64,000 nt of DNA, from the NCBI GenBank assembly GCA_965644295.1, contig CBFFRP010000076.1, forward strand, positions 99,324 through 163,323, given 5' to 3'. The notes beneath the pieces were generated by a model. The model made no database searches and was not told where the DNA came from. It was given only the letters and a program-made list of their open reading frames with translations. The translations under genes were made by a program, and so were the position numbers. Origin of the DNA: Paraphysomonas bandaiensis. Lineage: Eukaryota; Protista; Chrysophyceae. This document shows, in pieces, positions 61,890-64,000 of the stretch; the stretch's first letter is position 1; each line of letters opens with the position of its first letter.

Positions 61890-63128
61890 ATGCGATACCA
61901 CACCTATAAATCCCTTACCCTCAGGCTCATATCTCCCCATAGAGCCTATCACTCCTATCAATCTACTAGATTAGAGGTCCCTTCATCGCCCAGTGCACAC
62001 AGCAACACACATACAGCCATATGGCTCTCTGAGGTCATTAAAACCACTCCTAGCAATATATTAAACACTGATTCAGTCTCACCGGATGCTTTTATGCGTA
62101 ACAACAACAGCGTGATATGGAGGGGAGATTATCATAAGGGAAAGACGTTACTTCACTCTGTCTCAAAACTACTCAAAAACAAGTATAAAAACATTCCCTT
62201 CACTGGCAGTTTATGTGACGTATTTTTGGAAGAACGACGACGAAAGTTTGATATCATTCAAAATCTGAGTCGTATTCTGGTTGAATTTGATGCTGACTAT
62301 ACACTTAATTTACCTCGTGCCCCCTCTGATTTGCAAAAGGCTTATACTATCGCATACGGAAATAACGTCCAGAACCTTCCTATTGTTACTCCTCTGCGTG
62401 AGGTGCTTGGTATGATTGGCTCATACCAGTGGAGCATTAAGGGGGTCCATGTACCGGTACTTTCTGCCCGCATCTATCCTCACTTCGGTGTTTTCGCCCC
62501 TCAAGCGCGGCAGGAGTACGTGGAACTGTTGCAATCTGTACCACTCCCGCGCAATACCGAAGTAGCATTTGATATTGGTACGGGGACGGGTGTGTTGACT
62601 GCGGTTCTTTTGAAACGTGGTGTCGGGATGGTGGTTGCTTCAGATGCATCTTTGCGAGCAGTGCGATGTGCGAGGGACAATCTGATTGCCTTGGGCTTGG
62701 ATGACAGAGCACATGTTATACAGGCCGACATATACCCCAAAATACAGAACACAGACGGAAGAGTACTAGCAGATGTGATAGTATGTAATCCTCCTTGGTT
62801 GCCATGTGCTCCATCAGAGAATCTCTTAGATAAAGCGGTGTACGATGCTGACAGTTATATGTTGCGCGGATACCTCCGTGGCCTAAAAGATAACCTAGCA
62901 CCAGAGGGGCGGGGTTTTTTGATCATATCTGATCTTGCAGAACGGATAGGTCTCAGATCTCGAACAGAATTACTCCATATGTTTTCTAATGCTGGGCTAA
63001 CAGTAATAGACAAGTTAGATACAACTCCATGTCACCCTAAGAGTGCTGATGTGTCCGACCCCTTGCATGCAGCTAGAGCGTCAGAAATAACATCGTTGTG
63101 GGTACTTGGCATAAATCAAATAGAGTGA
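61890..63128 (+). CDS. Class I SAM methyltransferase (MTS/HemK-like), intronless, bacterial-like
   Basis: AFDIGTGTGVL, VCNPPWLP, IYPHFGVFAP and DPLHAAR motifs; N-terminal transit-like extension. Confidence 0.85.
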   Translation: MRYHTYKSLTLRLISPHRAYHSYQSTRLEVPSSPSAHSNTHTAIWLSEVIKTTPSNILNTDSVSPDAFMRNNNSVIWRGDYHKGKTLLHSVSKLLKNKYKNIPFTGSLCDVFLEERRRKFDIIQNLSRILVEFDADYTLNLPRAPSDLQKAYTIAYGNNVQNLPIVTPLREVLGMIGSYQWSIKGVHVPVLSARIYPHFGVFAPQARQEYVELLQSVPLPRNTEVAFDIGTGTGVLTAVLLKRGVGMVVASDASLRAVRCARDNLIALGLDDRAHVIQADIYPKIQNTDGRVLADVIVCNPPWLPCAPSENLLDKAVYDADSYMLRGYLRGLKDNLAPEGRGFLIISDLAERIGLRSRTELLHMFSNAGLTVIDKLDTTPCHPKSADVSDPLHAARASEITSLWVLGINQIE

Positions 63129-63624
63129 TAGTAAGGAAGAATTAGTTATGGTATATATATTGTATTTATTGTTGCATGTACTTTGTGCACTGTGTATAGA
63201 ATACAGAAGGTAGTTATTTTACATAAATCTGTCTGTCAATCGTGTGCTGCTTAGTAATGTGTGCACAGAATCTGTAGGCCGAAAAAGAAGCTTGTAATGG
63301 ACGCTACAACAAGTTTCGTTGCTACAACTTTGCAAGAATAATATTCAATCTTGTCAAATTTCGAAGTATATATAATATGTAAAACGTGTTGGAATACGTA
63401 TGTTTCTCAAAGATAGTACTGTAGAATACGTTAATACAATGTGAAAGACAGTAACTATATATAGTCAAAGATACTAAATAGCTATAACTGTGAGACTGAT
63501 ATATAGTATTATAACGATTCAAGATACGGAAGTTGAGCAGCGGTTGACACGAACAAAATATATTATCATGTTGTTGACATGTTTTACAATGTTGAGATTC
63601 TTGCATTCAGGGAAAGGTATGGAT

Positions 63625-64000
63625 TATTAGAATATGGACTGTATCCTAGTATATTCAATGTGGTACTTGAAGACAATGTACGAGAATACAGTGAAGTATG
63701 GTGATGTGTAGATGCTGTTATGATATTGAGAAAACTGAAATAGTTTGCTCTTTCAAGATATGTTTAGTAGCGAAAGGTCTACAGAAGTAGTGATTTATGC
63801 ATGGCACAAAACGAGCTTGTGTTGTTTAACACAATTCGTGTAAACGATATTAATAAATCTATCTAGTCTAACAACTTAATCTCTCTTTGATCGAAGTAAA
63901 ATGAGCATTTCCCAACATGGTAGCGAGCGAGGAGGAGAGAAGGAGGATAGAGGAGTAGTTCCTCAGTTCAACGAGACTAACGTTGAACAATGGATTGAGG
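63625..64000 (+). mobile_element. 5' end of a second, diverged Copia element (truncated by the window)
   Basis: LTR 63625-63917 (TA...CA), same PBS TGGTAGCGAGC, Gag start MSISQHGSERGGEKEDRG at 63901. Confidence 0.92.

Overview
Compact, intron-containing eukaryotic genomic DNA (short ~40-110 nt GT-AG introns; gene content suggests a stramenopile/ochrophyte-like protist, by inference). Host genes: RING-CUE E3 ligase 3' end, METTL16, G-alpha, a small membrane protein missed by the ORF track, CRAL-TRIO protein, coiled-coil protein, a tandemly duplicated VOC/glyoxalase-family gene, a frameshifted hybrid histidine kinase, an omega-type fatty acid desaturase, a P-loop NTPase, a HAD phosphatase, a histidine phosphatase, ARP3, an MFS transporter, THOC7, a BMT5-like rRNA methyltransferase and a bacterial-like HemK/MTS methyltransferase. 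Mobile DNA is dense and nested: an intact Ty1/Copia element plus a second copy and a decayed solo LTR, a Gag-protease-only Gypsy-type LTR element with apparently identical LTRs, CAGGG-ended MITE-like families, a long-TIR DNA element, a decayed virus-like fibre gene, and an unclassified element with asymmetric ends and 12-bp target-site duplications. Long (TATG)n arrays all sit next to gene starts, and two of them share an identical 89-bp head 53.7 kb apart. All calls come from reading the sequence by eye; no searches were run.
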